32,000 nucleotides of DNA from Kiritimatiella glycovorans (GCF_001017655.1 NZ_CP010904.1:120001-152000); one strand, 5' to 3'; counted from the stretch's first letter, positions 6,666 through 15,744 are shown. Notes: generated by a model from the letters alone, not told the origin. A program made the numbers and translations.

Positions 6666-8329
6666 GCGACACGCTGAAAAGCCTGCTGATCGCGTCGGCG
6701 GAACGCCGCCCCGACGCGGTGCTGTTCCGCTACGCCGGCCCGGAGGGCTGGCGCACCATGACGTACGGTGAGTTTCTCGACGAAGTTCGCGCGGCGAGCG
6801 AGCTGTTCGTTTCCCTCGGCATGAATCGCGGCGATCATGTGGCCCTGCACCTGGAGAACGATCCCCTGTGGGCGGTGCTCTACTTCGGTCTCGTGTCGAT
6901 CGGGGTGACCGCCGTGCCCGTCGATCCCCGGTTTGAGGCCGGCGAGGTGGCCCACCTGATCCGGCACGGGGAATGCCGGACGCTGATCACCGCCGCGGGC
7001 TCGCTCCCGCTCGTGCGTGAGATCGCCCCGGACCTCCCCGGGCTGGACACCGTCGTGCTCGCCGGGGAGCGGGTAAAGGAAGATTTCGCCGGTACGGTCA
7101 AAGTGGTCGACTTCGCATCCGGTTCCGCGGCCCTGGCGGACCGCGCGTACAGCTCCGGGTCGGCCTTCGAGCAGGTCCACCCCGACCCCGACACACCGGC
7201 CTCGATCATCTTCACCTCGGGCACCACGGGCCGCCCCAAGGGCGCCGTACTCACGCACCGCAACTTCGTCAGCAACGTCGAGGCCTGCCTGGACGTCATC
7301 GGGGTGCGGGACGACGACGTCTTTCTGCTCGTGCTGCCCCTGCACCACGTCTTCGCCTTCACCACCGACCTTCTGCTTCCGATCCGCGCGGGCGCCGGCA
7401 TCTCGCTGGTGCGCAGCATCCGCACGGTGGCCGACGATCTGCGCGAGCTGCAACCCACGGCGCTGATCGCGGTGCCGCTGCTGCTGGAGAAACTGCATGA
7501 CCGCATATTCCGCGGCATCCGCGAACAGCCGCTGGCGCATCTCGCCTGGCGCGCGGGCCTGAAAAGGGCGGTCGGCCGCAAGGTACGCCGCAAGCTGGGC
7601 GGCCGCCTGCGTATGGTGGTTTCGGGCGGCGCACCGGCGCCCGTGTACATGTTGAAGAACTTCATGAGCCTCGGCATCCCCATCCTCGAAGGGTACGGGC
7701 TCACCGAGACCGCCCCGGTGGTCAGCGTCAATCCGCCCGACGACCCCCGCCCCGGCACGGCGGGGACGCCGCTGCCCGGAGTCGAGGTTGAGGTACGCCG
7801 TCCGAACCGTGAAGGGATCGGCGAACTGGCGGTGCGAGGACCCGGCGTCATGCGCGAGTACTACCGCAATCCCGACGACACCGCGGAGGTCATGGAGGGC
7901 GGCTGGTTTCTGACCGGCGATCTCGCGCGGATCGACGAAGACGGCTACGTTGTCATCGCCGGCCGCCGCAAGAACATGATCGTCAACCGCGAAGGGAAGA
8001 ACATCTACCCGGAGGAGGTCGAGGAGGCGATCAACCGCAGTCCGCTGATCCTGGAGTCGCTCGTGCTGGGGATCCGGGAGGAAGGCGCGAAGGGCGAGCG
8101 GGTGGGCGCGATCGTGGTACCCGACCGCGAGGCCCTCGACCGGCGCGAAGCGGCGAAGGGCACGACGCTCGATGAGGAGGGCATCGGATCGCTGGTGCGC
8201 GAGGAGGTCGCCCGCATGACGGCTGAACTTTCGGCCTACAAGCGGCCGCGACGCGTGCGGGTCCGCGCCGGGGAGTTCGAAAAGACCGCGACCCGGAAGA
8301 TCAAACGCTACCTCTACGACCTCCCGTAA
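6662..8329 (+). CDS. AMP-dependent synthetase/ligase (long-chain acyl-CoA synthetase-like)
   Basis: Start MSDTLKSLLIASAERRPDAV. Motifs: IFTSGTTGRPKGAVLTHRN (AMP-binding motif), GYGLTETAP, GWFLTGDLARIDEDGYVVIAGRRKNMI. Confidence 0.9.
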   Translation: MSDTLKSLLIASAERRPDAVLFRYAGPEGWRTMTYGEFLDEVRAASELFVSLGMNRGDHVALHLENDPLWAVLYFGLVSIGVTAVPVDPRFEAGEVAHLIRHGECRTLITAAGSLPLVREIAPDLPGLDTVVLAGERVKEDFAGTVKVVDFASGSAALADRAYSSGSAFEQVHPDPDTPASIIFTSGTTGRPKGAVLTHRNFVSNVEACLDVIGVRDDDVFLLVLPLHHVFAFTTDLLLPIRAGAGISLVRSIRTVADDLRELQPTALIAVPLLLEKLHDRIFRGIREQPLAHLAWRAGLKRAVGRKVRRKLGGRLRMVVSGGAPAPVYMLKNFMSLGIPILEGYGLTETAPVVSVNPPDDPRPGTAGTPLPGVEVEVRRPNREGIGELAVRGPGVMREYYRNPDDTAEVMEGGWFLTGDLARIDEDGYVVIAGRRKNMIVNREGKNIYPEEVEEAINRSPLILESLVLGIREEGAKGERVGAIVVPDREALDRREAAKGTTLDEEGIGSLVREEVARMTAELSAYKRPRRVRVRAGEFEKTATRKIKRYLYDLP

Positions 8330-8413
8330 GACTTCGGCCGAAAGTCGATTGAAGTCGATCGCGGCTCCCTTTACCCTGTACAAGCCCTGACCATTGACCA
8401 GGAGAGAGACGCC

Positions 8414-9727
8414 ATGAATCCTGACGAGTCCATGTTCCGCATCGTGCCGACCGAGACGCTCGGGCCGTGCCGCTACGATTCGCCCCTGGGCGCAATGCGC
8501 CAGCGGTTTTATACCGACGGGGAATGGGTGATCCGCCGGACGCGCAGCCACGAGTTCGAGGAACTCGAAGGTCCCCCCTTCGAGTGCTTCGAGCGATCGG
8601 GCGCAAGGGAGAAGCTCTACTTCCGCCCGCAGGACACCACGGTCGGCATCGTCACCTGCGGCGGACTCTGCCCGGGCATCAACGACGTCATCCGCGCGAT
8701 CACCTTCGCGGCGGCGGAGGGCTACGGTGTGAAACAGGTCCTCGGCTTCCAGTACGGCTACGAGGGGCTGGTCGCCAAGTACTACCACCGGCCGATCGAA
8801 CTCAATCCCGACAATACCGACGACATCCACGAGAAGGGCGGATCGATCCTCAAGTCCTCGCGGGGGCCCCAGGACACGGGGGAAATCGTCGATACCCTCC
8901 AGCACTATTGCGTCGACATCCTGTTTGCCATCGGCGGCGACGGAACGATGCGCGGCGTGCGTGATATCCACGACGAGATCGCCCGGCGCGGTCTCAGGAT
9001 CTCGGTCATCGGCGTGCCGAAGACGATCGACAACGACATCAGTCTCGTGGAGCGGACCTTCGGGTACGAGACCGCGGTGGAGTCGGCCTGGAGCACCATC
9101 ACGTCCGCCCACGCGGAGGCCAAGGGCTACCGGAACGGAATCGGACTGGTGAAACTCATGGGCCGCGACTCAGGCTGGATCGCGGCCTCCACCGCACTCG
9201 CGAACAGCAACGTCAATTTCTGCCTGATTCCCGAAGTGCCGTTCGATCTCGAGCCCCCGAACGGGTTCCTGGAACACCTGCGCCGTCGTCTTATGCGGCG
9301 CGCCCACGCGGTGATCGTGGTCGCGGAGGGTGCGGGACAGAACCTGTTCGAAGGCGAATACGAGCGCGACAAGTCGGGGAACAAGCGGCTGCACGACATC
9401 GGCGTACTTCTTCAGGAGCAAATAGAGCGATTTTTCGCGGAGCAGAACACGGAGATCAATCTGAAGTATTTCGATCCGAGCTATCTCATCCGGAGCACGC
9501 CGGCGAACGCGAACGATTCGGAGTACTGCCTGCGGCTGGGGCACAACGCGGTTCATGCGGCAATGGCCGGCAAGACGAACTGCATCGTCGGGCTGCACTG
9601 TGGCGTGCTGGTCAACCTTCCCATGCCGATGATCGGCGAGCGCAAACGGGTGGACCCCAACGGCTGGACCTGGCAGTCGGTGCTTCAGGCCACTCGACAG
9701 CCCGCCGACATGACCCACGAAGAATGA
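8414..9727 (+). CDS. pfkA: ATP-dependent 6-phosphofructokinase (long, mixed-substrate clade)
   Basis: GIVTCGGLCPGINDVIR, FAIGGDGTMRG (GGDG, not the GGDD of PPi enzymes), PKTIDNDI, LMGRDSGWIA. Confidence 0.85.
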   Translation: MNPDESMFRIVPTETLGPCRYDSPLGAMRQRFYTDGEWVIRRTRSHEFEELEGPPFECFERSGAREKLYFRPQDTTVGIVTCGGLCPGINDVIRAITFAAAEGYGVKQVLGFQYGYEGLVAKYYHRPIELNPDNTDDIHEKGGSILKSSRGPQDTGEIVDTLQHYCVDILFAIGGDGTMRGVRDIHDEIARRGLRISVIGVPKTIDNDISLVERTFGYETAVESAWSTITSAHAEAKGYRNGIGLVKLMGRDSGWIAASTALANSNVNFCLIPEVPFDLEPPNGFLEHLRRRLMRRAHAVIVVAEGAGQNLFEGEYERDKSGNKRLHDIGVLLQEQIERFFAEQNTEINLKYFDPSYLIRSTPANANDSEYCLRLGHNAVHAAMAGKTNCIVGLHCGVLVNLPMPMIGERKRVDPNGWTWQSVLQATRQPADMTHEE

Positions 9728-9760
9728 CGTCCTGACTTCAACATGGCCCGAAAACGCTAC

Positions 9761-9786
9761 AAAAATCCGGCCCCTCGCGGATTTTT
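9761..9786 (+). terminator. Hairpin with T-run downstream of pfk (weak intrinsic-terminator candidate)
   Basis: AAAAATCCG-gcccctcg-CGGATTTTT, 34 nt after the pfk stop. The stem is AT-rich at its base, so it is weak. Confidence 0.3.
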
Positions 9787-10149
9787 GCGGTGGAGCCGTT
9801 CGGGGAAGAGGCGGGATGGGAGACGACGAACGTTCGTAGTAGCGCCGCACGCGCCCGAAGGGCCAAGGCGCGTGATATCGTTCGTAGTAGCGCCGCAAGT
9901 CTGCCCCCCGGCAGGCCAGGCGCGTGAAAGATAACGGCCCTGGCCCTGCTTCGCAGGCCTGCGGGCCTACTACGAACGTAAGAGAGAACGCACCATTTCT
10001 TTGCCTGTGCTCCTCCCATTCATCTTTGCGATCTCTGCGTCTTGGCGAGAGACCTTTCTTGTGTTTTCGACCACGGATTACACCGATCACACGGATGGGA
10101 TCGCGCCTTCGGCGCTCCGAGTACGCGTACGAGTACGAGTAAGAGTACG
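9764..10149. repeat. Structured intergenic repeat element, right copy, inverted relative to 5874-6328
   Basis: See the left copy. It contains the same 19-mer CGTTCGTAGTAGCGCCGCA hairpin arms and a (GAGTAC)n tract. Confidence 0.8.
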
Positions 10150-10381
10150 AATTATGTTCACCCCTTCATGTCCTTCATGGTGAATCCCATTCTCTCCCCA
10201 CGATGGCGATTCAGGTGTTACGCCCCCTTTTTTTTTCGGACGACTGTCCGCGAAAATCCGCGAATAGCCGGCCGCCGACAATACCGACTAAAATACTCCT
10301 GATTTGACCACGTCTCTGTTTTGGCTTAACGTGAATATACGACCGGGCATTTGGGACACTGCACACGAAGGAGTGACGGCC

Positions 10382-11524
10382 ATGAGCGCGCGACTGAATC
10401 GACGCCATCTTTTGCAGGGAACCGGCCTCGCCGCCCTGGCCGCCGCCGGGGGCGGGGCGCGGGCCGCTGAATCCGACGAAGCCGCGATACTCAACCACGA
10501 ACCCGGCATGCCGTATCGCCGGCTCGGGAACACGGATATCCGTCTCTCCGTCCTTTCGCTCGGCGGGATCAAGATCGACGAGCAGGGGATCACCCACCAT
10601 CACGCGATCGACCGGGGCTGCAATCTCGTCCACATCTCCAACGGGTACCGGGGCGGGGTCTGCATCCGGCGGCTGGGGAAGGTCATGAAGACGAAGCGTG
10701 ACCGGGTCTACATCGCGCTCAAGGACAACTTCCTGAGCCGTGAAGACTACCGGAAGCGCGATTTCAGTAAGATCGACCAGTGGCTGAAGGTGCTGAACAC
10801 CGATCATGTCGATTTCCTGATGTTCAATCGCCACAAGGGGGACCAGGCGGCCGAAGCGTATATGCGCGAGTCCCTGGAGATTCTGCGGGAGCAGGGAAAG
10901 GTGCGGTTTGCCGGCCTCACCACCCACGGCGACATCAAAAACTGTCTGCGCAACGGGATCGAGAGCGGTACTTTTCATCTGCTCAATCCCGCGCTCAACC
11001 AGCCGAATCTCGAAGCGCTGGAGGAGGAACTTCGCGACGCGCATGAGCGGCAGCTGGGCGTGATGGCCATGAAGACCATGAAAGGGCAGAAAAGCCGCGC
11101 CGATGAGCTGGCCTTTCTCAAGAAGCTGTTGCGCAATCCGGCCCTGACCACCATTTTAAAAGGCATGGATTCGCCGCAGATGTTTGACGAGTACCTCGCG
11201 GCGGCGCGCACGGAACTGACCGCGGCGGAGGACGAGCGGCTCTACCGCACGGCGCAGCGGCAGCGGGCTGAAAACTGCATGATGTGCGACGCCTGCAAGC
11301 GGGCCTGCCCGGAGGGGATCGAGATCTCGACCGTGCTGCGCTGCAAAGACTATTACCTGGAGCAGGAGCGCGATCCGGAATACGCCTTCGAGCAATATCA
11401 TGCCGTGGCGCCGCAGTACCGCTGGTCGGCGGACTGCACCTCGTGCCGCCGCTGTGAAGCGGCCTGCCCGAACGGGATCGGGATCGTCGCCCGCCTCGAA
11501 GCCGCGCGAAAGGCCCTGGCATGA
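10382..11524 (+). CDS. Tat-signal aldo/keto reductase with a C-terminal 2x[4Fe-4S] ferredoxin domain
   Basis: ATG at 10382 after GAAGGAG. MSARLNRRHLLQGTGLAALAAAGGGARA (twin-arginine signal), YRRLGNTDIRLSVLSLGG (AKR N-terminus), CMMCDACKRACPEG and CTSCRRCEAACPNG. Confidence 0.8.
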   Translation: MSARLNRRHLLQGTGLAALAAAGGGARAAESDEAAILNHEPGMPYRRLGNTDIRLSVLSLGGIKIDEQGITHHHAIDRGCNLVHISNGYRGGVCIRRLGKVMKTKRDRVYIALKDNFLSREDYRKRDFSKIDQWLKVLNTDHVDFLMFNRHKGDQAAEAYMRESLEILREQGKVRFAGLTTHGDIKNCLRNGIESGTFHLLNPALNQPNLEALEEELRDAHERQLGVMAMKTMKGQKSRADELAFLKKLLRNPALTTILKGMDSPQMFDEYLAAARTELTAAEDERLYRTAQRQRAENCMMCDACKRACPEGIEISTVLRCKDYYLEQERDPEYAFEQYHAVAPQYRWSADCTSCRRCEAACPNGIGIVARLEAARKALA

Positions 11525-12405
11525 AATACCGACTTATCCCGGCGTTAACGCTCGCCCTCGCCGTGTATGCTCAGGCGGGCGCGCGGCCGCGCGACCCCGG
11601 CCCCGCCGCGCTGCTTCCGTCGCCGCACTCCCTTGGAGCCGTCGCGGCCTCCGAAACGGAATGTTTCGGCCCTGAGGAACTGTTCGAGTACATCAACGGC
11701 GCCGCCCCGCTCTACCTCGACTACGGCTTCGAGCGGCTGGCGCACCGGGTCTACCGGTTTGAGAAGGGATCGCTCACGGCGGACCTCTACGCCATGCCGG
11801 ACCCGACCCGCGCATTCGGCATCTACGCCGCCGAGCGAGACGCGGAGGCGACCTTTGTGGAAACCGGAGCCGAAGGTTACCGCTGGGGCGACGTGCTGCG
11901 GTTCTTCCGCGGACGTTACTACGTCAAACTCTACGCCGATGCCGGAGAGGATACGGTCCCGCTGCTGGTGCGCGCCGCGAAGGCGATCGATGCACGCCTG
12001 CCCGGCAGGGCGGTGCTGCCCTCCGCGACGACCTGGTTCCCGGAGAAGGGTCGCGTCCCCCATTCGCTCAGTTACACCGTGGAACCCCCGCTGGGGGTCG
12101 AGGCGCTGGCGCCCGCCTGGAAGGCCCGCTATCGCTGCGGCGATGAAGAAAGCACGCTGTGGATCGTTCCGACGGCCGGTGCCGCGCAGGCCGAAGCCGG
12201 GCTCGCCGCGCTCGAAACACAACTGCGAGAATACGACGCGGCGCCGCAGCCATGGGATGAAGCGGACCGGACCGGTCTGCGCGCCGACCATCCGTATGCC
12301 GGGCCTGTACTGGCAACCGCATCCGGAGCGCGCGTCTTCGTCCTGCTCAATCCCCCGCCCGATTCGCTCCCGCTGCTGCGCGCGGCGCGCGAGCGGTGCC
12401 GGTGA
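11521..12405 (+). CDS. Secreted hypothetical protein, translationally coupled to the reductase
   Basis: MKYRLIPALTLALAVYAQA signal peptide. The ATGA overlap with the upstream stop is present. I did not recognise a family with confidence. Confidence 0.6.
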   Translation: MKYRLIPALTLALAVYAQAGARPRDPGPAALLPSPHSLGAVAASETECFGPEELFEYINGAAPLYLDYGFERLAHRVYRFEKGSLTADLYAMPDPTRAFGIYAAERDAEATFVETGAEGYRWGDVLRFFRGRYYVKLYADAGEDTVPLLVRAAKAIDARLPGRAVLPSATTWFPEKGRVPHSLSYTVEPPLGVEALAPAWKARYRCGDEESTLWIVPTAGAAQAEAGLAALETQLREYDAAPQPWDEADRTGLRADHPYAGPVLATASGARVFVLLNPPPDSLPLLRAARERCR

Positions 12406-12443
12406 AAGCGCGGACGGCGAAGTCTCACGCGGGTTCCGGCGGC

Positions 12444-13826
12444 TTATTCAATCCACATCCGTTCGATTTCCTCGAGCGATTTGCCTTTGGTCTCCGGCAC
12501 GTAGCGAAGCACGACAAAGATCGTGACGGCGCAGAAGGCCGCGTAGACCCAGAACGGGAAGGCGTGGTTGAACGTATCCACGAGCACGGGATGATCGTTC
12601 ATGATCGGAAAGGTCTGCGACACCGCGTAGCAGGAGATCCAGAGCACGACCGTGGACAGCGCCATCGCACGCCCTCGGATGCGCGTGGGGAAGATTTCCG
12701 AGAGCACGACCCAGACCACCGGCCCGAGTGACATCGCGAAGCAGGCGATGTAGATCAGCACGAAGATCAGCGCCCACGCCCCGGTGGCGCGGAAGAAAAA
12801 ACCGAATCCCAGCGTCAGCAGCGAGAGGCCCATGCCCGCCGATCCGATGACCATGAGCGGCTTGCGCCCGAAGCGGTCCACCGTATACAGCGCGATCACG
12901 GTGAACGTCATGTTCACCAGTCCCACCGCGACCGTCTGGAGCAGCGCTGCATTCATGTCCGCGCCGAGGTCTTTAAAAATTTCCGGGGCGTAGTAGAGCA
13001 CCACGTTAATCCCGGTGACCTGCTGCAGGATCGCGAGGCTGATCCCGATGATGAGCAGGATACGCATACGCGGCTGGAAGAGCTGGGCCAGCGAACCGCC
13101 CTCGTGTGCCAGGTTGGTCCGGATCTCGCGCAGCTCGTGCTCGGCGTGAGCCGGACCGTCGACGCGCGTAAGGACCCCGTTCGCGATCTTTTCCCGGCCC
13201 ATCTTCACCAGCCAGCGCGGACTCTCGGGAACCAGAAATAAAAGCAGGAACAGAAGCAGGGCCGGCACGGACTCGGACGCGAACATCCAGCGCCAGCCGA
13301 AGTTCAGGTTCCAGGTTTCGCTGATGCCCGCCCCGTGCCGTTCGATGAAGAAGTTGACGAAGTAGACGACGACCATTCCCAGCACGATGGCGAACTGGTT
13401 AACGGTCACCATGCGCCCGCGAATCCGTGCCGGGGAGACCTCCGCGATGTACATCGGCGAGGTGAGCGAGGCCGCGCCCACGCCGACCCCACCGAGAATA
13501 CGGAAAAGGACGAATTCCGTAAGCGAGCGGGGCATCGCCGACCCGACGGCGGAGATGAAGAAACACACCGCGGCGAAGATCAGCGTCTTTTTCCGACCCA
13601 GCCGGTCGCTGAGCGTACCTGCCAGCGCGGCACCGAAAATGCAGCCGATCAAGGCGCTCGACGCCGCCCAGCCGGTCATCGCCGGGGAGAGATCAAAGAA
13701 ATCGCGCAGGAATCCCACCGCACCCGATATGACCGCTGTGTCGTACCCGAACAGCAGTCCGCCCAGCGCCGCCACCATCGCGATCAGCGCCACATACAGC
13801 ATATTTCCGCCGGCCCGTTCCTTCAT
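12444..13826 (-). CDS. MFS sugar porter (XylE/GalP-like sugar:H+ symporter)
   Basis: ATG at 13826 after AGGAGG. Motifs: LFGYDTAVISGA, GRKKTL, PESPRWL, PETKGKSLEEIE. Confidence 0.9.
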   Translation of the reverse strand: MKERAGGNMLYVALIAMVAALGGLLFGYDTAVISGAVGFLRDFFDLSPAMTGWAASSALIGCIFGAALAGTLSDRLGRKKTLIFAAVCFFISAVGSAMPRSLTEFVLFRILGGVGVGAASLTSPMYIAEVSPARIRGRMVTVNQFAIVLGMVVVYFVNFFIERHGAGISETWNLNFGWRWMFASESVPALLLFLLLFLVPESPRWLVKMGREKIANGVLTRVDGPAHAEHELREIRTNLAHEGGSLAQLFQPRMRILLIIGISLAILQQVTGINVVLYYAPEIFKDLGADMNAALLQTVAVGLVNMTFTVIALYTVDRFGRKPLMVIGSAGMGLSLLTLGFGFFFRATGAWALIFVLIYIACFAMSLGPVVWVVLSEIFPTRIRGRAMALSTVVLWISCYAVSQTFPIMNDHPVLVDTFNHAFPFWVYAAFCAVTIFVVLRYVPETKGKSLEEIERMWIE

Positions 13827-14109
13827 CCCGCCTCCTTTGCAGTGTAGCGGTAAGTATCTAACACCGCGGGGGGTGCGGAACAAGGAGGATCGGAATGGAC
13901 GATGGAAGGCATGTCAGAGGGGGCTGCAGGAATTTTTTTGACTTCAACATGGCACGAAAACGCGCTCGCCCCCCCTGTGAACATTGAAGTGAGTATTGAA
14001 TCAGGGTGTCCCGGCGGGAAAAAAGGGGATCTACAGGACGTTTATTGCGGCGCAAAAAACCGTATCCGCGTTCATCCGCGCGACCCTTAATTCCCCGCGC
14101 CATAGTGCC

Positions 14110-14268
14110 GCGCGCAACCAGCAGTTCTCATTATGGCCGCATTCCGACCGCGGACGGCGCGGCAGCCGTCCCTCTCGAGTCGATATCCGACGCATTTTCG
14201 GGCACTGGGAGGGTCGGGTGCCACCCCGACCGAAAAGGGTGAAGCCATAATGAGAATCGCTGGCGCGC
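14110..14268. other. Long imperfect hairpin (candidate structured RNA or MITE-like palindrome)
   Basis: A perfect 13-bp stem TTCTCATTATGGC (14125-14137) / GCCATAATGAGAA (14244-14256) is extended outward by GCTGG/CCAGC and GCGCGC pairs. Internal sub-hairpins are GACGG-n8-CCGTC and GGTCGGG-tgccac-CCCGACC. Confidence 0.3.
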
Positions 14269-14320
14269 AACGGGGCGGTATTGTCATCCCGCGCGCGACG
14301 GTATACAGTGTTGCGCTTTA

Positions 14321-14394
14321 CGGGGAGTAGCTCAGCCTGGCAGAGCGCCAGCTTTGGGAGCTGGATGTCGCAGGTTCGAATCCTGTCTCCCCGA
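14321..14394 (+). tRNA. tRNA-Pro (anticodon UGG)
   Basis: Manual cloverleaf: acceptor CGGGGAG/CTCCCCG, D-arm GCTC/GAGC, anticodon arm CCAGC-TTTGGGA-GCTGG (TGG, G37), T-arm GCAGG-TTCGAAT-CCTGT, discriminator A. No CCA is encoded. Confidence 0.9.
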
Positions 14395-14425
14395 TTCCCC
14401 ACCCCTTTTTTTTATCTCATTTTCT

Positions 14426-15634
14426 GGTAGGTTGTAAACCCAAATGCCGCATGTAGTGGTCTTGTTTCATTTATGAGATCGTTTTGAGTTCGTTCGTGAA
14501 GAGTTCGTGAGGGGTCATGAAGTCGAGGATCCGGCGCGGGTAGTTATTGATCCATAGCTCGATGTCGCGGATTTTCTGCTTGGTAAAGCGCGCGATATCC
14601 CGGCCCTTGGCCACGAACCGTCTGATCATCCTGTTGCCGTTCTCGTTCGATCCGCGTTCCCAGGATGAGTATGGGTGGGCGTAGAAGATCTGGGTTCGCT
14701 GTTGCTTCGAGAAGGAAGAGGCTTCTAAGGCTTCGAAGTCCAGGAACTCGCTGCCGTTGTCGACCGTGATGGTCTTGAAGATCTGACGGAAGCAGCGGGA
14801 GCCATGTTCACGCTCGAGCCCTCTGAGAACTTTGAGCACGCTGGCTTGGCTCTTATCAGGCAGCTTGCGAATGATCGTGATCCGATGTCTGCGTTCCACC
14901 AGGGTCAATAGGGCGGCATTGGACCCGCGCGTGGGGCCGGTCACCAGGTCCATCTCCCAGTGTCCGAACTCCTCGCGCGTCTCGGCTCCTTCGGGACGCT
15001 GGTCGATGCTTTTGCCTTTGGAAATCCGCTTCGCCAACCGCCGAGCGCCGCGTTTGCGCCGCTTGGCTCGCTTACGCTTCTCCCACAGTGACTCGTTGCT
15101 GAGCCCGAAAATGACGCCTTTATCGATGTAGTTATAGATCGTCTTGGTGCACACCACCTCCTCCAGACCGGCCTGACGCATCCGAAAGGCGACTACATCG
15201 GGCGATTCCTTATGTTCCACAATGCGGCAACGGATGAATTCGGCCAGCGCATAGTTGCGGCCCAGCCTCAGACCGGGCCCCCTTGCGGTGGCGTGGTAAT
15301 CATGGAGGTCCTGGCCGCGATCGCTGCTGTAGGTCCGGTATTCCCGCCACTCCGAGTCCCGGTGGGTCACCGTCCCGCGCTTGAGCTCACGCTGGATCGT
15401 ACGCGGGTGACGCTCCAAGGCGGCCGCGATGTCCCGTGGGGGGATCCCCCCACGGGACATCCGCTCAATCACCATGCGCTCCACCCTCGTCAAGTGCTTG
15501 CCCTTCCTGCTATTCTGATTCTGTTCCATGCCGTCTCCTTCCTCTGTTGTCCTGTTGTAAGACCACAAAGGATAGCGAACCACGGCATGGAACGCTCTCT
15601 CCTATACCTGCGGCATTTCACATTACACTTCTCA
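14426..15634 (-). mobile_element. IS30-family insertion sequence
   Basis: A single IS30-type transposase ORF. Imperfect terminal inverted repeats share the core TGTAA-n5-AAATGCCGCA-n-GTA, starting at 14433 and, reverse-complemented, at 15627. The 15-bp direct repeat TTTATCTCATTTTCT lies at 14411-14425 and 15635-15649. Confidence 0.85.
14471..15529 (-). CDS. IS30-family transposase
   Basis: ATG at 15529 after GGAAGGAG. N-terminal HTH region (LTRVERMVIERMSRGG..., RTIQRELKRG) and DDE core (GHWEMDLV, ITVDNGSEF, HPYSSWERGSNENGNRMIRRF). Confidence 0.9.
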   Translation of the reverse strand: MEQNQNSRKGKHLTRVERMVIERMSRGGIPPRDIAAALERHPRTIQRELKRGTVTHRDSEWREYRTYSSDRGQDLHDYHATARGPGLRLGRNYALAEFIRCRIVEHKESPDVVAFRMRQAGLEEVVCTKTIYNYIDKGVIFGLSNESLWEKRKRAKRRKRGARRLAKRISKGKSIDQRPEGAETREEFGHWEMDLVTGPTRGSNAALLTLVERRHRITIIRKLPDKSQASVLKVLRGLEREHGSRCFRQIFKTITVDNGSEFLDFEALEASSFSKQQRTQIFYAHPYSSWERGSNENGNRMIRRFVAKGRDIARFTKQKIRDIELWINNYPRRILDFMTPHELFTNELKTIS

Positions 15635-15744
15635 TTTATCTCATTTTCTCCATAAACGCTTTTGCACGCTCTGAACTATATGCTAATTAACACCCCGGAG
15701 CATTAACTATTACGACCTGAAAAGAGGTGTGGAGGAAAGGGCGA

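Noticed and set aside
6647-9112. 821-aa minus-strand ORF
   Set aside because: It is antisense to the acyl-CoA synthetase and pfk genes, both of which carry canonical motifs. It has no motifs of its own.
8414-9727. PPi-dependent phosphofructokinase
   Set aside because: The active-site motif is GGDG rather than GGDD, which indicates ATP dependence. The long N-terminus alone is not diagnostic.
13950-13964. Sigma-54 promoter reading of TGGCACGAAAACGCG, and similarly TGGCACGAGGAAGTCG in the 17.2-kb repeats
   Set aside because: The GC of the -12 box is off by one position or absent at the required spacing from GG. Only the site at 2558-2574 satisfies the consensus spacing.
14031-14402. 123-aa minus-strand ORF
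   Set aside because: It overlaps tRNA-Pro and the long hairpin, and has no coding signature.
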